Shown in pieces: positions 8,622 through 17,605 of a DNA stretch of 47,572 nt. The notes beneath the pieces were generated by a model that was not told the DNA's origin, did no database searches, and saw nothing but the letters and a program-made list of their open reading frames with translations. The stretch comes from Gammaproteobacteria bacterium (GTDB lineage: Bacteria; Pseudomonadota; Gammaproteobacteria; SZUA-140). The stretch's first letter is position 1, and each line of letters begins with the position of its first letter. The stretch is from assembly GCA_016124415.1 (NCBI GenBank), contig WGNS01000059.1, positions 1 to 47,572 of the forward strand, written 5' to 3'. The position numbers and the translations under genes were made by a program.

Positions 8622-9542
8622 TTAGCGCCGGGTCGCTTCGTCGATGGTCGCCCGGTCGAGGCGCGGCGACAACATCTCCATGAAGGTATACAGGAACTCG
8701 CGCGGCGGCAGGCCGCGACGCAGCGCGACATACGAGGTGCTGGACGCGAACAGATGGCTGGCGTCCAGCATGCGCAGGTTCGGGTCCCGCTCCGGATCGA
8801 AGGCCATACGGGCTACGATGCCCACGCCCAGCCCGATTTCCACATAGGTCTTGATGACGTCCGAGTCGATCGCGGAAAGCGCGATCTTGGGCCTGACGCC
8901 GCGTCTTGCGAAGGCCTCGTCGATGCGTTCCCGGCCGGCGATGGCCTTGTCGTAAGTCACGATCGGGTACTCCGCGATGTCGTCCAGCGTCAGCGGCTGC
9001 TTGCGCAGCAGCGGCAGGCCGGGCGGTGCGATCAGGCAGTGATTCCACTCGTAGCAGGGAAGGGCGATCAGTTCGGCGCTGTTCAGCAGACCCTCGGTCG
9101 CGAGACCGATATCGGCGACGCCGCGGCTCACCCATTGCGCGATCTGGTCGGGTCGTCCCTGGTGGATCTGCAGGCTGATGTGCGGATAGCGTTCGATGAA
9201 CTGGCGGATGACCTGGGGCAACGCATAGCGGGCCTGGGTGTGCGTGGTCGCGATCGAGAGCAGGCCGGTTTCTTCATGGGCGAACTCAGCGCTGACCGCT
9301 TTCATCTGCTCGATCTCCCTGAGCACGCGTTCGGCCATCGCCGCGATGGTCCGGCCCGGCTGGGTAAGGCCCGTCAGGCGTTTACCGTGGCGGTCGAAGA
9401 TCGCGATGCCGAGTTCGTCCTCCAGCTGCTTGATCTGGTGACTGATCCCGGGTTGGGCCGTATGCAGCGTTTCCGATGCCGCCGAGATGTTGAAATCCTG
9501 GCGTACGACCTCTCTGATGTAGCGTAACTGCTGAAGATTCAT
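8622..9542 (-). CDS. cysB: CysB/Cbl-family LysR regulator
   Basis: MNLQQLRY HTH, IATTHTQARYALP, IGLATE and DSDVIKTYV signature; divergent from the sulfur genes. Confidence 0.9.
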   Translation of the reverse strand: MNLQQLRYIREVVRQDFNISAASETLHTAQPGISHQIKQLEDELGIAIFDRHGKRLTGLTQPGRTIAAMAERVLREIEQMKAVSAEFAHEETGLLSIATTHTQARYALPQVIRQFIERYPHISLQIHQGRPDQIAQWVSRGVADIGLATEGLLNSAELIALPCYEWNHCLIAPPGLPLLRKQPLTLDDIAEYPIVTYDKAIAGRERIDEAFARRGVRPKIALSAIDSDVIKTYVEIGLGVGIVARMAFDPERDPNLRMLDASHLFASSTSYVALRRGLPPREFLYTFMEMLSPRLDRATIDEATRR

Positions 9543-9620
9543 ATACCATATAACTGGAAATTATATTTACATAAAATATTATTATTTTTATCGATATAAG
9601 GCAATCGCTATAATGCGTAG
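9543..9620. promoter_or_regulatory. AT-rich divergent control region (likely CysB-bound) with a TATAAT -10 for tauE
   Basis: Strongly AT-rich stretch in a GC-rich context; TATAAT at 9609-9614; classic divergent LysR layout. Confidence 0.5.
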
Positions 9621-9698
9621 CCTGGGTCAAGGCCCTCCGCGTTTTTTGGGTGGTCGCACTGCGATCGACAACTTTGAGATAGATTCGAGACTCAAGTC

Positions 9699-10478
9699 GT
9701 GGATATAGCCTACATAGTAGCCGGCTTCGCCGTCGGCGGATTGGTTGGATTGACGGGTGTCGGAGGCGGTTCGCTCATGACGCCTTTGCTGATCTTCGGT
9801 TTCGGTATTCCGCCTTTAACGGCCGTGGGTACCGACCTTGTCTTCGCGGCGTTGACCAAGGCGAGCGGCGTCGTAAGCCACTGGAGATTGAAGCACATTC
9901 GCGGATCGCTTGTCGCCTTGATGTTGTTGGGCAGCGTGCCGAGTGCAATGGTGTCGCTCATGCTGCTCGAACACATGCAGGCGGACGTCTCGCGCGTCGA
10001 AGGTTTGATCCATGTCATGCTGGGATTTGCCCTGATCATGACGGCCTTTTCGCTGGTTTGGCGGGGAAGGGTCCAGGCTTTGGGTTATACCGTTAAGCGC
10101 AACTGGCCCGGCGTGTTCCGGTTGCGCCCCGTGCTGACGGTGCTGCTAGGATGCCTGCTCGGCATCCTGGTTCCGGTGTCGTCGATCGGTGCCGGCGCGC
10201 TTGGCGCGGCTGCACTGATGCTGCTGTACCCGGGGATGCCGACGCGCAGGATCGTGGGCACCGATCTGGCTCATGCCGTGCCGTTGACCGCGATCGCGGG
10301 GTTGGGGCATTGGCAGATGGGTTCGGTGGATCCGGCGCTGTTGAGCCAGTTGCTCATGGGTTCCTTGCCGGGCATCTGGTGCGGCACTCAGCTCGGCAGC
10401 AGGGTTCCTGAGCGCTATATGCGCCCGACCCTCGCCGGGATGTTGATGCTCATCGGGGTCAAATTTATCACGGTCTGA
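9699..10478 (+). CDS. TauE/SafE (TSUP) family sulfur-compound transporter
   Basis: GLTGVGGGSLMTP, AVGTDL and IVGTDLAHAVPL motifs; polytopic membrane protein; GTG start. Confidence 0.9.
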   Translation: MDIAYIVAGFAVGGLVGLTGVGGGSLMTPLLIFGFGIPPLTAVGTDLVFAALTKASGVVSHWRLKHIRGSLVALMLLGSVPSAMVSLMLLEHMQADVSRVEGLIHVMLGFALIMTAFSLVWRGRVQALGYTVKRNWPGVFRLRPVLTVLLGCLLGILVPVSSIGAGALGAAALMLLYPGMPTRRIVGTDLAHAVPLTAIAGLGHWQMGSVDPALLSQLLMGSLPGIWCGTQLGSRVPERYMRPTLAGMLMLIGVKFITV

Positions 10479-10502
10479 ATTCCGGTCGTTCCTTCATGAT
10501 TT

Positions 10503-10524
10503 CGCCGGATCGGCCGATCCGGCG
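10503..10524. repeat. Perfect 22-bp palindrome between tauE and the sulfite reductase gene
   Basis: CGCCGGATCGGCCGATCCGGCG, followed by TTCTT and a T-rich tract at ~10539-10551. Confidence 0.6.
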
Positions 10525-10648
10525 TTCTTACCATGGGATTTTTTTTATTTTGGGGTGTGATCGGGTGCGAAATCGGCTGATGCCGGTTAGAATGCACCCG
10601 TTGAAATCAAGTCGGGTACGGTCTTGTGTCCGCAGGAGTAGGAAAGCA

Positions 10649-12727
10649 ATGAGCGAGATAAAGAGTTTGGTCGATCGCGAAGAACTGCAGCGGTTTGCGG
10701 AAGCGGTCAAGGGTTTTCAAGACGGGTCGATCGATGCCGAGCGCTTCCAGTCCATGCGCCTCCAGCAAGGTGTCTATGGGCAGCGCCAGGAAGGCGTCAA
10801 CATGGTGCGCGTCAAACTGCCCGGCGGACGTCTGAATCCGACGCAGTTGCGTCACTGCGGCCGTGTGCTTGATGAGTGCTCGGAGCACAATGTGGCCCAC
10901 ATCACGACGCGTCAGGACATCCAGATCCACTACGTTCCGCTTGAGAAATCGCCGAAGTCGCTCGAGATCCTGGCGGATGCCGAGCTCACGACCCGCGAGG
11001 CCTGTAACAACACCGTCCGCAACGTATCCGCCTGTCCACTCGCCGGCGTCTGCGCGCGCGAGCATGTCGATATCCGTCCGTATTACGAGACGGCCGTTCG
11101 TCATTTTCTGCGTCATCCCCTGACGCAGCATCTGCCGCGCAAATTCAAGATTTCGTTTTCCGGCTGCGAGTCGGATTGCGCCCAGGGCATGATTCATGAC
11201 CTCGGCGTTATCGCCGTGCACCAGAACGGCCGATTCGGCTTCAAGCTGGTCGCCGGCGGCGGTCTGGGACACAAGCCGCATGAGGCGATCGTTGTCGAGG
11301 AGTTCGTCGAGCCGGGTGACCTGTTGGCCTGCATGGAGGCCGTGATCTCACTGCACAACCGTTATTCCGACCGTAAGAAGCGCGCCAAGTCGCGTATCAA
11401 ATTTCTGGTCGACCGTTTCGGCGCCGAGGGCTTCGTGGGGCATTATCGCGAGGAGCTTGAGCGTACCCGTACGGCGCTTGCCGATGTCGCGATCCCCAGT
11501 GAACAGTGGCGGGCCGGCCGGGCCGATGTCGCCGGTTACGACAATCCGGGCGCGCCGAGGACGATCCTGGCGCAGAAGCAGCCCGGGCTCAACGTATTCC
11601 CGATCAGCGTGCTGACCGGCGACCTGACGGTGCCTCAGATGTACGGCATCGCCGATCTCCTCGAAGCCAACGGTCTCGATGAGTTGGCCGCGACCCAGGA
11701 TCAGAATCTCATGGTCTTCAACGTCCCTGATGACAAGTTGGATACGCTGAAGCAGGGTTTGATTGCGCTCGGCCTGGGTACGCCCAAGACCGGCGACGAC
11801 GTCGTTGCCTGCCCGGGTACCTCGACCTGCCGTCTGGGCATCACGTCGTCGAAGATCATCGGCGCCAAGCTTTCCGGCGGCGCGCACGACCTGCGCATCC
11901 GCGTCAGCGGTTGTCACAACGGTTGCGCACAGCCCGAGACAGGAGACATCGGTATCTACGGCGAGGGCAAGCGCAAGCACGGCAAGCTGATTCCGCATTA
12001 TCAGATGTACATCGGCGGAGATGGCCGCGCTTGCGGGCACATCGCCGTCAAGGGTCCCACCGTCCCGGCGGCCCGTATCGAGTCCGCGATCGGTCGTCTT
12101 CAGCAGACCTACGGCGACCAGCGTGTCGACGGCGAGTCCTTCTTCACGTGGGCCCGCCGCCAGGAGGATGGTTATTTCAATACCCTGCTCGAGGATATCG
12201 TCAACGTCGACCCTGCGGATCTCGCCAGCGTGCAGTCGGATCACGGCGACGTGTCCGCGTTCAAGGTGGAACAGTTCGGCGGCGGCGAGTGCGCCGGCGC
12301 GGCGCAGGAAACCGTGGCCGCGAACTTCGCCGAGGCCGCCAACGAGCGCAATTATCGCAACGCCTTCCTGCTGCAGCGCAAGCACGAGGAATCCATCGAG
12401 TGCGCTCGGGAGGTCGTGCGGCTTGTGGGACAGTCCCTGTTGTTCCTGGCCGGGCAGCCCAGCCGGGACGCGCTGAACGAGATCGCGGAGACGCTCGAAT
12501 CGTCATTCAAGCAGGGAAATACCCTGGGCGGCCGTCTGGCCGAGATCAGTTCGGTCCTGTCCGAGTTGGGCGCCGATTTCGATGAGGCTCGTTTCAAGGC
12601 CCTGAACGAGGCGATGGATCTCTGGACCCTTGAGGCCGCCGAGGCCTGTCAGACGATCGATCAGCAGCTCGACCTGAGCGCGTCGATGCCCAAGGTAGCG
12701 AGAGAAAAAAAAAACTTGAGGGCCTGA
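10649..12727 (+). CDS. Siroheme nitrite/sulfite reductase (probably assimilatory sulfite reductase), frame-0 product of 692 aa
   Basis: GVYGQRQ, RVKLPGG, HITTRQDIQ, LPRKFK, CPGTSTC...SGCHNGC, then GGECAG and a helical C-terminal domain. ATG 10649 has an AGGA SD and is preferred over the ORF-track start at 10496. Confidence 0.9.
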   Translation: MSEIKSLVDREELQRFAEAVKGFQDGSIDAERFQSMRLQQGVYGQRQEGVNMVRVKLPGGRLNPTQLRHCGRVLDECSEHNVAHITTRQDIQIHYVPLEKSPKSLEILADAELTTREACNNTVRNVSACPLAGVCAREHVDIRPYYETAVRHFLRHPLTQHLPRKFKISFSGCESDCAQGMIHDLGVIAVHQNGRFGFKLVAGGGLGHKPHEAIVVEEFVEPGDLLACMEAVISLHNRYSDRKKRAKSRIKFLVDRFGAEGFVGHYREELERTRTALADVAIPSEQWRAGRADVAGYDNPGAPRTILAQKQPGLNVFPISVLTGDLTVPQMYGIADLLEANGLDELAATQDQNLMVFNVPDDKLDTLKQGLIALGLGTPKTGDDVVACPGTSTCRLGITSSKIIGAKLSGGAHDLRIRVSGCHNGCAQPETGDIGIYGEGKRKHGKLIPHYQMYIGGDGRACGHIAVKGPTVPAARIESAIGRLQQTYGDQRVDGESFFTWARRQEDGYFNTLLEDIVNVDPADLASVQSDHGDVSAFKVEQFGGGECAGAAQETVAANFAEAANERNYRNAFLLQRKHEESIECAREVVRLVGQSLLFLAGQPSRDALNEIAETLESSFKQGNTLGGRLAEISSVLSELGADFDEARFKALNEAMDLWTLEAAEACQTIDQQLDLSASMPKVAREKKNLRA

Positions 12728-12954
12728 GCCCGGTCACTGTCGATCTAACGAGCTATGGCTGCCCGCTGCACTTTATTAAGGCGCGCAACGTGCTGAGGTC
12801 TGATGAGACCGACGGCGGTCCCGTCGGCTTCATATTCGCAACAACCGATTTGGCCGAGCAGGCGGTGCGCAGTCTCGAGGCGGACGGTTACCGCAGTCTC
12901 GGTGATGTGCGGGCGATGAACGACGGTCGTGCCGAGGTGACGATAGGACGCTGA
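12715..12954 (+). CDS. TusA/SirA-like sulfur-carrier domain in the -1 frame, with no start codon of its own (probable frameshift extension of the reductase)
   Basis: Hand translation: LEGLSPVTVDLTSYGCPLHFIKARNVLRSDETDGGPVGFIFATTDLAEQAVRSLEADGYRSLGDVRAMNDGRAEVTIGR*. DL..YGCP..FIKA matches the TusA N-terminal motif. No ATG/GTG/TTG between the in-frame stop at 12631-33 and the Cys motif. Confidence 0.8.
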   Translation, partial: LEGLSPVTVDLTSYGCPLHFIKARNVLRSDETDGGPVGFIFATTDLAEQAVRSLEADGYRSLGDVRAMNDGRAEVTIGR

Positions 12955-12988
12955 ACGAGTGCCCGAAACGGGCGAGAAAGGATGCGGC

Positions 12989-13024
12989 AAAAAAAAGGGA
13001 AGGGCGCCGCCGACACCCTTCCCT
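12989..13024 (-). terminator. Rho-independent terminator of the cytochrome c gene
   Basis: AGGGAAGGG...CCCTTCCCT stem with a U-run on the minus strand (A8 at 12989-12996 on plus). Confidence 0.8.
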
Positions 13025-13032
13025 ATGAGGGA

Positions 13033-13383
13033 TCAATTAAGCGTAAGAATGAAATCGACCAGCTTGGCGATATCCTCATCCGATACGCGGGGGGAGTAGG
13101 GGGGCATGGGGACGCCGCCCGTGACAGTGGTCCAGTTGCCTTTTCCACCGGTTTTGACCTTGCCAATCAGCGCGTCACGGGCACCGGCATCGCCTTGATA
13201 GTGCTTGCCGACATCGCGCCAGGCGGGACCAACAACCTTCTTTTCAACCGAATGGCAGGCCAGGCAGCCACTCTTCTGCGCCAGCGCAAGCTCATCTGCC
13301 GCAACCGGGGTCGATACCAGCATCGGAGCGGCCAGAACGCCAGCGGCCATCAGTCCGAGATACGAATTCTTCACAAATCGCAT
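13033..13383 (-). CDS. Periplasmic monoheme cytochrome c (c551/c8-like)
   Basis: Signal peptide, CLACH heme motif, VVGPAW and VPMPP axial Met. ATG 13383 has a GGAG SD. Confidence 0.92.
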   Translation of the reverse strand: MRFVKNSYLGLMAAGVLAAPMLVSTPVAADELALAQKSGCLACHSVEKKVVGPAWRDVGKHYQGDAGARDALIGKVKTGGKGNWTTVTGGVPMPPYSPRVSDEDIAKLVDFILTLN

Positions 13384-13457
13384 ATTCAAAATTCTCCCGT
13401 TTGGAACATAGATAAGATCGTTGTCCCCTCCATGTTCGTAACAATAAACCCGGCAAG

Positions 13458-13474
13458 CTGAACCGAAACTGAAC
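13458..13474 (-). promoter_or_regulatory. OmpR/PhoP-type direct-repeat box upstream of cytochrome c
   Basis: The minus strand reads GTTCAG-TTTCG-GTTCAG, followed 11 nt later by a TATTGT -10-like hexamer. Confidence 0.5.
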
Positions 13475-13539
13475 GCAAACGTTCAGGCGGAGAATTTCCT
13501 TGGGGAGAAACCCGGGGCGTCGCGCCGGCCGGGGCGGGG

Positions 13540-14070
13540 CTAGGGCGTGCCGGGCGTCAACGTCAGCGTGTCGCCGCGTTGCGTGAATTCGAGATCTTTG
13601 AGCAGGCTCATGCCGAGCAGAATTTCCATGCTGCCCATGCCCGGGTTCAGGCTGGCGCGGACGTTATGAATGACGAGGGGGCCGATGGTCAGTTCATCGA
13701 TGTGGGTGGTAAAAGCCGTCACGAAGCCGTTCGCGGTTTGATATTGACGCGGCATGCCCGGGCGCAAACCCAGGCGGTCCGCCATCTCCAAGGGGATCGC
13801 GATGTCCGATGCCCCGGTATCCACGAGGAACTCGACGGGATGCCCGTTGACGGTTCCGCTGCCAAGATAGTGTCCCGCCCGATTCTGTTTCAGGACTACG
13901 GATGGCCGTCCGGCGGTATCGTTGTAAGTGACGAGCGTGCGGTTGGGGTTACGCTGCCGATCCAGCACGTTTTGAAAGAACAAGACGAGAATGCCCAATA
14001 CGACGATCCAGGCCACGTAGATCATGGCCTTACCCAGTCCGCCGGAGATTGGCTTGACCGGCCCGGTCAT
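13540..14070 (-). CDS. Clan AA retropepsin-like aspartic protease (membrane-anchored)
   Basis: N-terminal TM helix, [15 protein letters not shown] and LLGMS motifs. Confidence 0.9.
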   Translation of the reverse strand: MTGPVKPISGGLGKAMIYVAWIVVLGILVLFFQNVLDRQRNPNRTLVTYNDTAGRPSVVLKQNRAGHYLGSGTVNGHPVEFLVDTGASDIAIPLEMADRLGLRPGMPRQYQTANGFVTAFTTHIDELTIGPLVIHNVRASLNPGMGSMEILLGMSLLKDLEFTQRGDTLTLTPGTP

Positions 14071-16652
14071 GTGTCCTCCACGATCTCCTTGAGCCGGTAG
14101 AGTGCTGCCAGCGCCTCTCTTGGCGTCATCGCGTCCGGATCGATGTCCTCGAGCGCGTCGAGAACCCTGGTGTCGGCGGGATCGGCGCCCGCCGGAGGGA
14201 ACAGCGCGAGCTGGGGCTGATGCGTTTGCGCGACCGTGTCCGCGACGGCTTGATTCTCGAGTCGAAGCAAGCGCTGCCGCGCCGCCCGAATCACGGTTTG
14301 CGGGATCCCGGCCAGGGCGGCGACCTGGAGCCCGTAACTTTGGCTCGCGGGGCCTTCCTTGACCTGATGCATGAAGACGATTTCATCACCGTGCTCGACG
14401 GCGTCGAGGTGTACGTTGGCGACCGCGGAGATCTGCTCGGGCAGCGTCGTAAGCTCGAAGTAATGGGTCGCGAACAGCGTCAGCGCGCGAAGTTCTTTGG
14501 CCAGATATTCGGCGCTGGCCCAGGCCAGGGATAGGCCGTCGAACGTGCTCGTGCCGCGTCCCACCTCGTCCATGAGCACAAGACTATTGGGCCCTGCGTT
14601 GTGGAGAATATTGGCCGTCTCGGTCATCTCGACCATGAAGGTCGAACGGCCGCCGGCGAGATCGTCCGCGGAGCCGATGCGCGTAAAGATGCGGTCGATC
14701 GGACCGATCTCGGCCCGCGCGGCCGGCACGAAGCTGCCGATGTGGGCGAGAATGACGATGAGTGCCGTTTGCCGCATATAGGTCGATTTACCGCCCATGT
14801 TGGGACCCGTGATGATCAGCATCCTGCGCTCGTCGGAAAGCCGGCAATCGTTGCTGATGAACGGCGCGTCGAGCACTTCTTCCACTACCGGATGGCGGCC
14901 GCCCTCGATCGTGAGGCCCGCATCGTCGACAAGCGCGGGGCGCGTGAAACCCAGGCTGTCGGCGCGTTCCGCGAGCGTGTTCAAGGTGTCCAGGGTTGCG
15001 ATGCCTTCGGCGCAGGCTTGCAAGGCCTTGAGTTCAGGTTGAAGGGTTTCCAGCAGCGCTTCGTAAAGCGCCTTTTCCCGTGACAGGGAGCGTTCGCGGG
15101 CGCTGAGCGCCTTGTCCTCGAAGGCCTTGAGTTCGGGTGTGATGAAGCGTTCAGCGCCCTTCAGCGTCTGCCGGCGAATATAGTCCTCGGGCGCGCGGTC
15201 GAGTTGGCTTCGGCTGATCTCGATGTAATAGCCGTGAACGCGGTTATAGCTGACCTTGAGCGTCGGAATCCCGGTGCGCTCGCGCTCGCGCAGTTCGAGG
15301 TCGATCAGGAATTGCCCGGCACCTTCGCTGAGCGCGCGTAATTCGTCGAGTTCGGGGTCGTATCCGGGCGCGATGACGCCGCCGTCGCGGATCAGGACGG
15401 GTGGTTCGTCGATGATCGCCCGTTCGAGAAGCGCGGCCAACTCGGTGAAGTCTCCGATTTGCGCGGAGATGACGCCGATCAGATCCGCATCAAGGACGCT
15501 GAACGCGTCTCTCAGTGTGGGCAAGGCCTGAAGGGAGGCGCGCAGCTGGGCGAGGTCGCGAGGCCGGGCCGAGCGGAGCGCTACGCGGGTTAGAATACGT
15601 TCGAGGTCGGCGATCCCGCGAAGCTGCCCGTGCAGCGACGGCATAAGGTTACGTTCGATGATCCGTCCGATCGCATCCTGGCGCGCGCGCAGGTGCGCCC
15701 GTTCCCGCAACGGGCGCGCGATCCAGCGCCGGATCATGCGGCCGCCCATCGGGTTTGCGGTTCGGTCCATGATCGCCGCCAACGTCTTGTCACGCCCGCC
15801 CGACAGATTGGTGTCGAGTTCGAGGTTGCGCCGGCTTGCGGCATCGATAACGATGGCTTCATCGCGCCGTTCGAGCGCCAGCGACCGGATATGGGGCAGC
15901 GCGCTGCGCTGAGTATCGCGGACGTAGCGCAGCAACGCGCCGGCTGCGGCTTGGGCGCGTAGGGCCTCCTCGCAGCCGAAGCCGCGTAGATCCAGTGTGC
16001 CGAATTGCTCGCGCAGCAAGCGGTAGGCCGATTCATGATCGAAGTGCCAGGGCGGAAGCGCGCGCATGCCCTTGCGCGACCTGAGTTCGGCCGGCACCGC
16101 GTCCTCGGAATACAGGAGTTCGGCCGGATCGAGGCGTGCGATTTCATCGCAAAGGGCCTGAACCTCTTCAACCTCAATCAAGCTGAAGCGGCCGCTGCCC
16201 ATCTCGAGGACGGCGATACCGAATCCTATGCGGCCGTCCCGGTGAACGGCCGCGAGCAGGGTTTCCTTGCGCGTATCGAGCAGCGCTTCGTCGGTGACGG
16301 TTCCCGGCGTGACGATACGCACGACCTGACGCTCGACCGGGCCTTTGGCGAGCGCCGGATCACCGATCTGCTCGCAGATCGCCACGGATTCCCCGGCGGC
16401 GACCAGTTTGGAGAGATAACCATCGGCCGCGTGGTAGGGGATGCCGGCCATGGGGATGGGCTTGCCCGCGGATTGGCCTCGTTGGGTCAACGTGATTTCG
16501 AGCAGGCGGGCCGCCTTGGCGGCATCTTCGTAGAACAGCTCGTAGAAGTCGCCCATGCGGTAGAACACCAGGATGTCGGGGTGTTCCGCCTTGATGCGCA
16601 GATATTGCTGCATCATTGGCGTATGGCCGTTGTTCTGTTCTGTCTTGCTCAT
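14067..16652 (-). CDS. mutS: DNA mismatch repair protein MutS
   Basis: [41 protein letters not shown] and FATHY. An alternative GTG start lies at 16658. Confidence 0.98.
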   Translation of the reverse strand: MSKTEQNNGHTPMMQQYLRIKAEHPDILVFYRMGDFYELFYEDAAKAARLLEITLTQRGQSAGKPIPMAGIPYHAADGYLSKLVAAGESVAICEQIGDPALAKGPVERQVVRIVTPGTVTDEALLDTRKETLLAAVHRDGRIGFGIAVLEMGSGRFSLIEVEEVQALCDEIARLDPAELLYSEDAVPAELRSRKGMRALPPWHFDHESAYRLLREQFGTLDLRGFGCEEALRAQAAAGALLRYVRDTQRSALPHIRSLALERRDEAIVIDAASRRNLELDTNLSGGRDKTLAAIMDRTANPMGGRMIRRWIARPLRERAHLRARQDAIGRIIERNLMPSLHGQLRGIADLERILTRVALRSARPRDLAQLRASLQALPTLRDAFSVLDADLIGVISAQIGDFTELAALLERAIIDEPPVLIRDGGVIAPGYDPELDELRALSEGAGQFLIDLELRERERTGIPTLKVSYNRVHGYYIEISRSQLDRAPEDYIRRQTLKGAERFITPELKAFEDKALSARERSLSREKALYEALLETLQPELKALQACAEGIATLDTLNTLAERADSLGFTRPALVDDAGLTIEGGRHPVVEEVLDAPFISNDCRLSDERRMLIITGPNMGGKSTYMRQTALIVILAHIGSFVPAARAEIGPIDRIFTRIGSADDLAGGRSTFMVEMTETANILHNAGPNSLVLMDEVGRGTSTFDGLSLAWASAEYLAKELRALTLFATHYFELTTLPEQISAVANVHLDAVEHGDEIVFMHQVKEGPASQSYGLQVAALAGIPQTVIRAARQRLLRLENQAVADTVAQTHQPQLALFPPAGADPADTRVLDALEDIDPDAMTPREALAALYRLKEIVEDT

Positions 16653-16741
16653 GAGCACTGGCGTGAGGCCGGTGGTGGGTGTTGGCGGCCGTCCGGCAGC
16701 GCCGGAATGATCGTCCGGATCGTGTTCCTCATCGGGAAGGG

Positions 16742-17566
16742 TTACGCCCCGGTTGCGGGCCCGCTCTCCACCGACGTCTGGGGGTCGTTACCCCAGTCCG
16801 ACCATGAACCGGGATATCCCCGGAGCTTGGTGAACCCCAGCAGCTTGAGTACGACGTAACTATGCGAGGACCGTTGGTGGGTCTGGCAATGGACGACGGT
16901 CTCGCGATCGGGGTCGAGCGTCGCATAGATGGTCCGCAATTCTTCGAGCGCGTGCAGCCGCATTTGATGCGCACGGTCAATAGACTGAGTCCACTCGATA
17001 TTGATCGCGCCGGGAATGTGCCCGCCGCGCTGCGCTCGCTTGTCGACGCCTTCATATTCCGCCGCCGAACGCACATCGACGATCTGGAGGTCCCCGAGAT
17101 GGGACTGAATGTACTGCTTGTCGGCGATGACCCCGGACTCGGGCTGCGCCTTGTAAACCGCCGCGGCGACGGTGGCCGCGGCGGCGCTCAGGCTGCGCCC
17201 TTCGGCCGCCCATGCCTGCAATCCGCCGTCGAGTAGCGATGAATGTTTGTGTCCAAGGCAGTCGAGCGTCCAGAGCAGACGGCAGGCTTTGGCGTTGGAC
17301 TCCTCGTCATAAGCGACGATGTGGGTGTCGGCGGTGGCGCCGAGGGACCCGAGCAGGTTCTCGAGATAGCCTGTTTCCGGAAGCAGGCCCATGACGGGCG
17401 GTTGGCTGGCCATGATTCTGCCGATGTCCAGATTGACGGCGCCGGGAATGTGCTGCTGCATATAGAGCGGCGGTCGCGACAAGTCGACGACCAGGACATC
17501 GCCGGCATCCATGGCCGACTGGAGGGTTTCGCCATCGATCAATAGAGGATATCGGGACTCGCTCAT
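16742..17566 (-). CDS. rhdA: Tandem-domain rhodanese/sulfurtransferase (RhdA-like)
   Basis: HIPGA twice, active-site loop HCQTHQR and C-terminal YPGSWSDW. Confidence 0.88.
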   Translation of the reverse strand: MSESRYPLLIDGETLQSAMDAGDVLVVDLSRPPLYMQQHIPGAVNLDIGRIMASQPPVMGLLPETGYLENLLGSLGATADTHIVAYDEESNAKACRLLWTLDCLGHKHSSLLDGGLQAWAAEGRSLSAAAATVAAAVYKAQPESGVIADKQYIQSHLGDLQIVDVRSAAEYEGVDKRAQRGGHIPGAINIEWTQSIDRAHQMRLHALEELRTIYATLDPDRETVVHCQTHQRSSHSYVVLKLLGFTKLRGYPGSWSDWGNDPQTSVESGPATGA

Positions 17567-17605
17567 GGCATCTCTCTCGCTCGTGGATTAGGGGGCTTGG
17601 CCTGC

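Noticed and set aside
10496-10648. 51-aa N-terminal extension of the reductase in the ORF track
   Set aside because: It runs through a palindrome and T-tract; the SD and family-like sequence begin at ATG 10649. Similar over-extensions were trimmed for iscS, iscA, hscA, fdx, pilA and pilR.
12745-13036. Minus-strand ORFs 12745..12990 and 12830..13036
   Set aside because: No recognisable motifs and they overlap a terminator; the plus-strand -1 frame TusA domain explains the region better.
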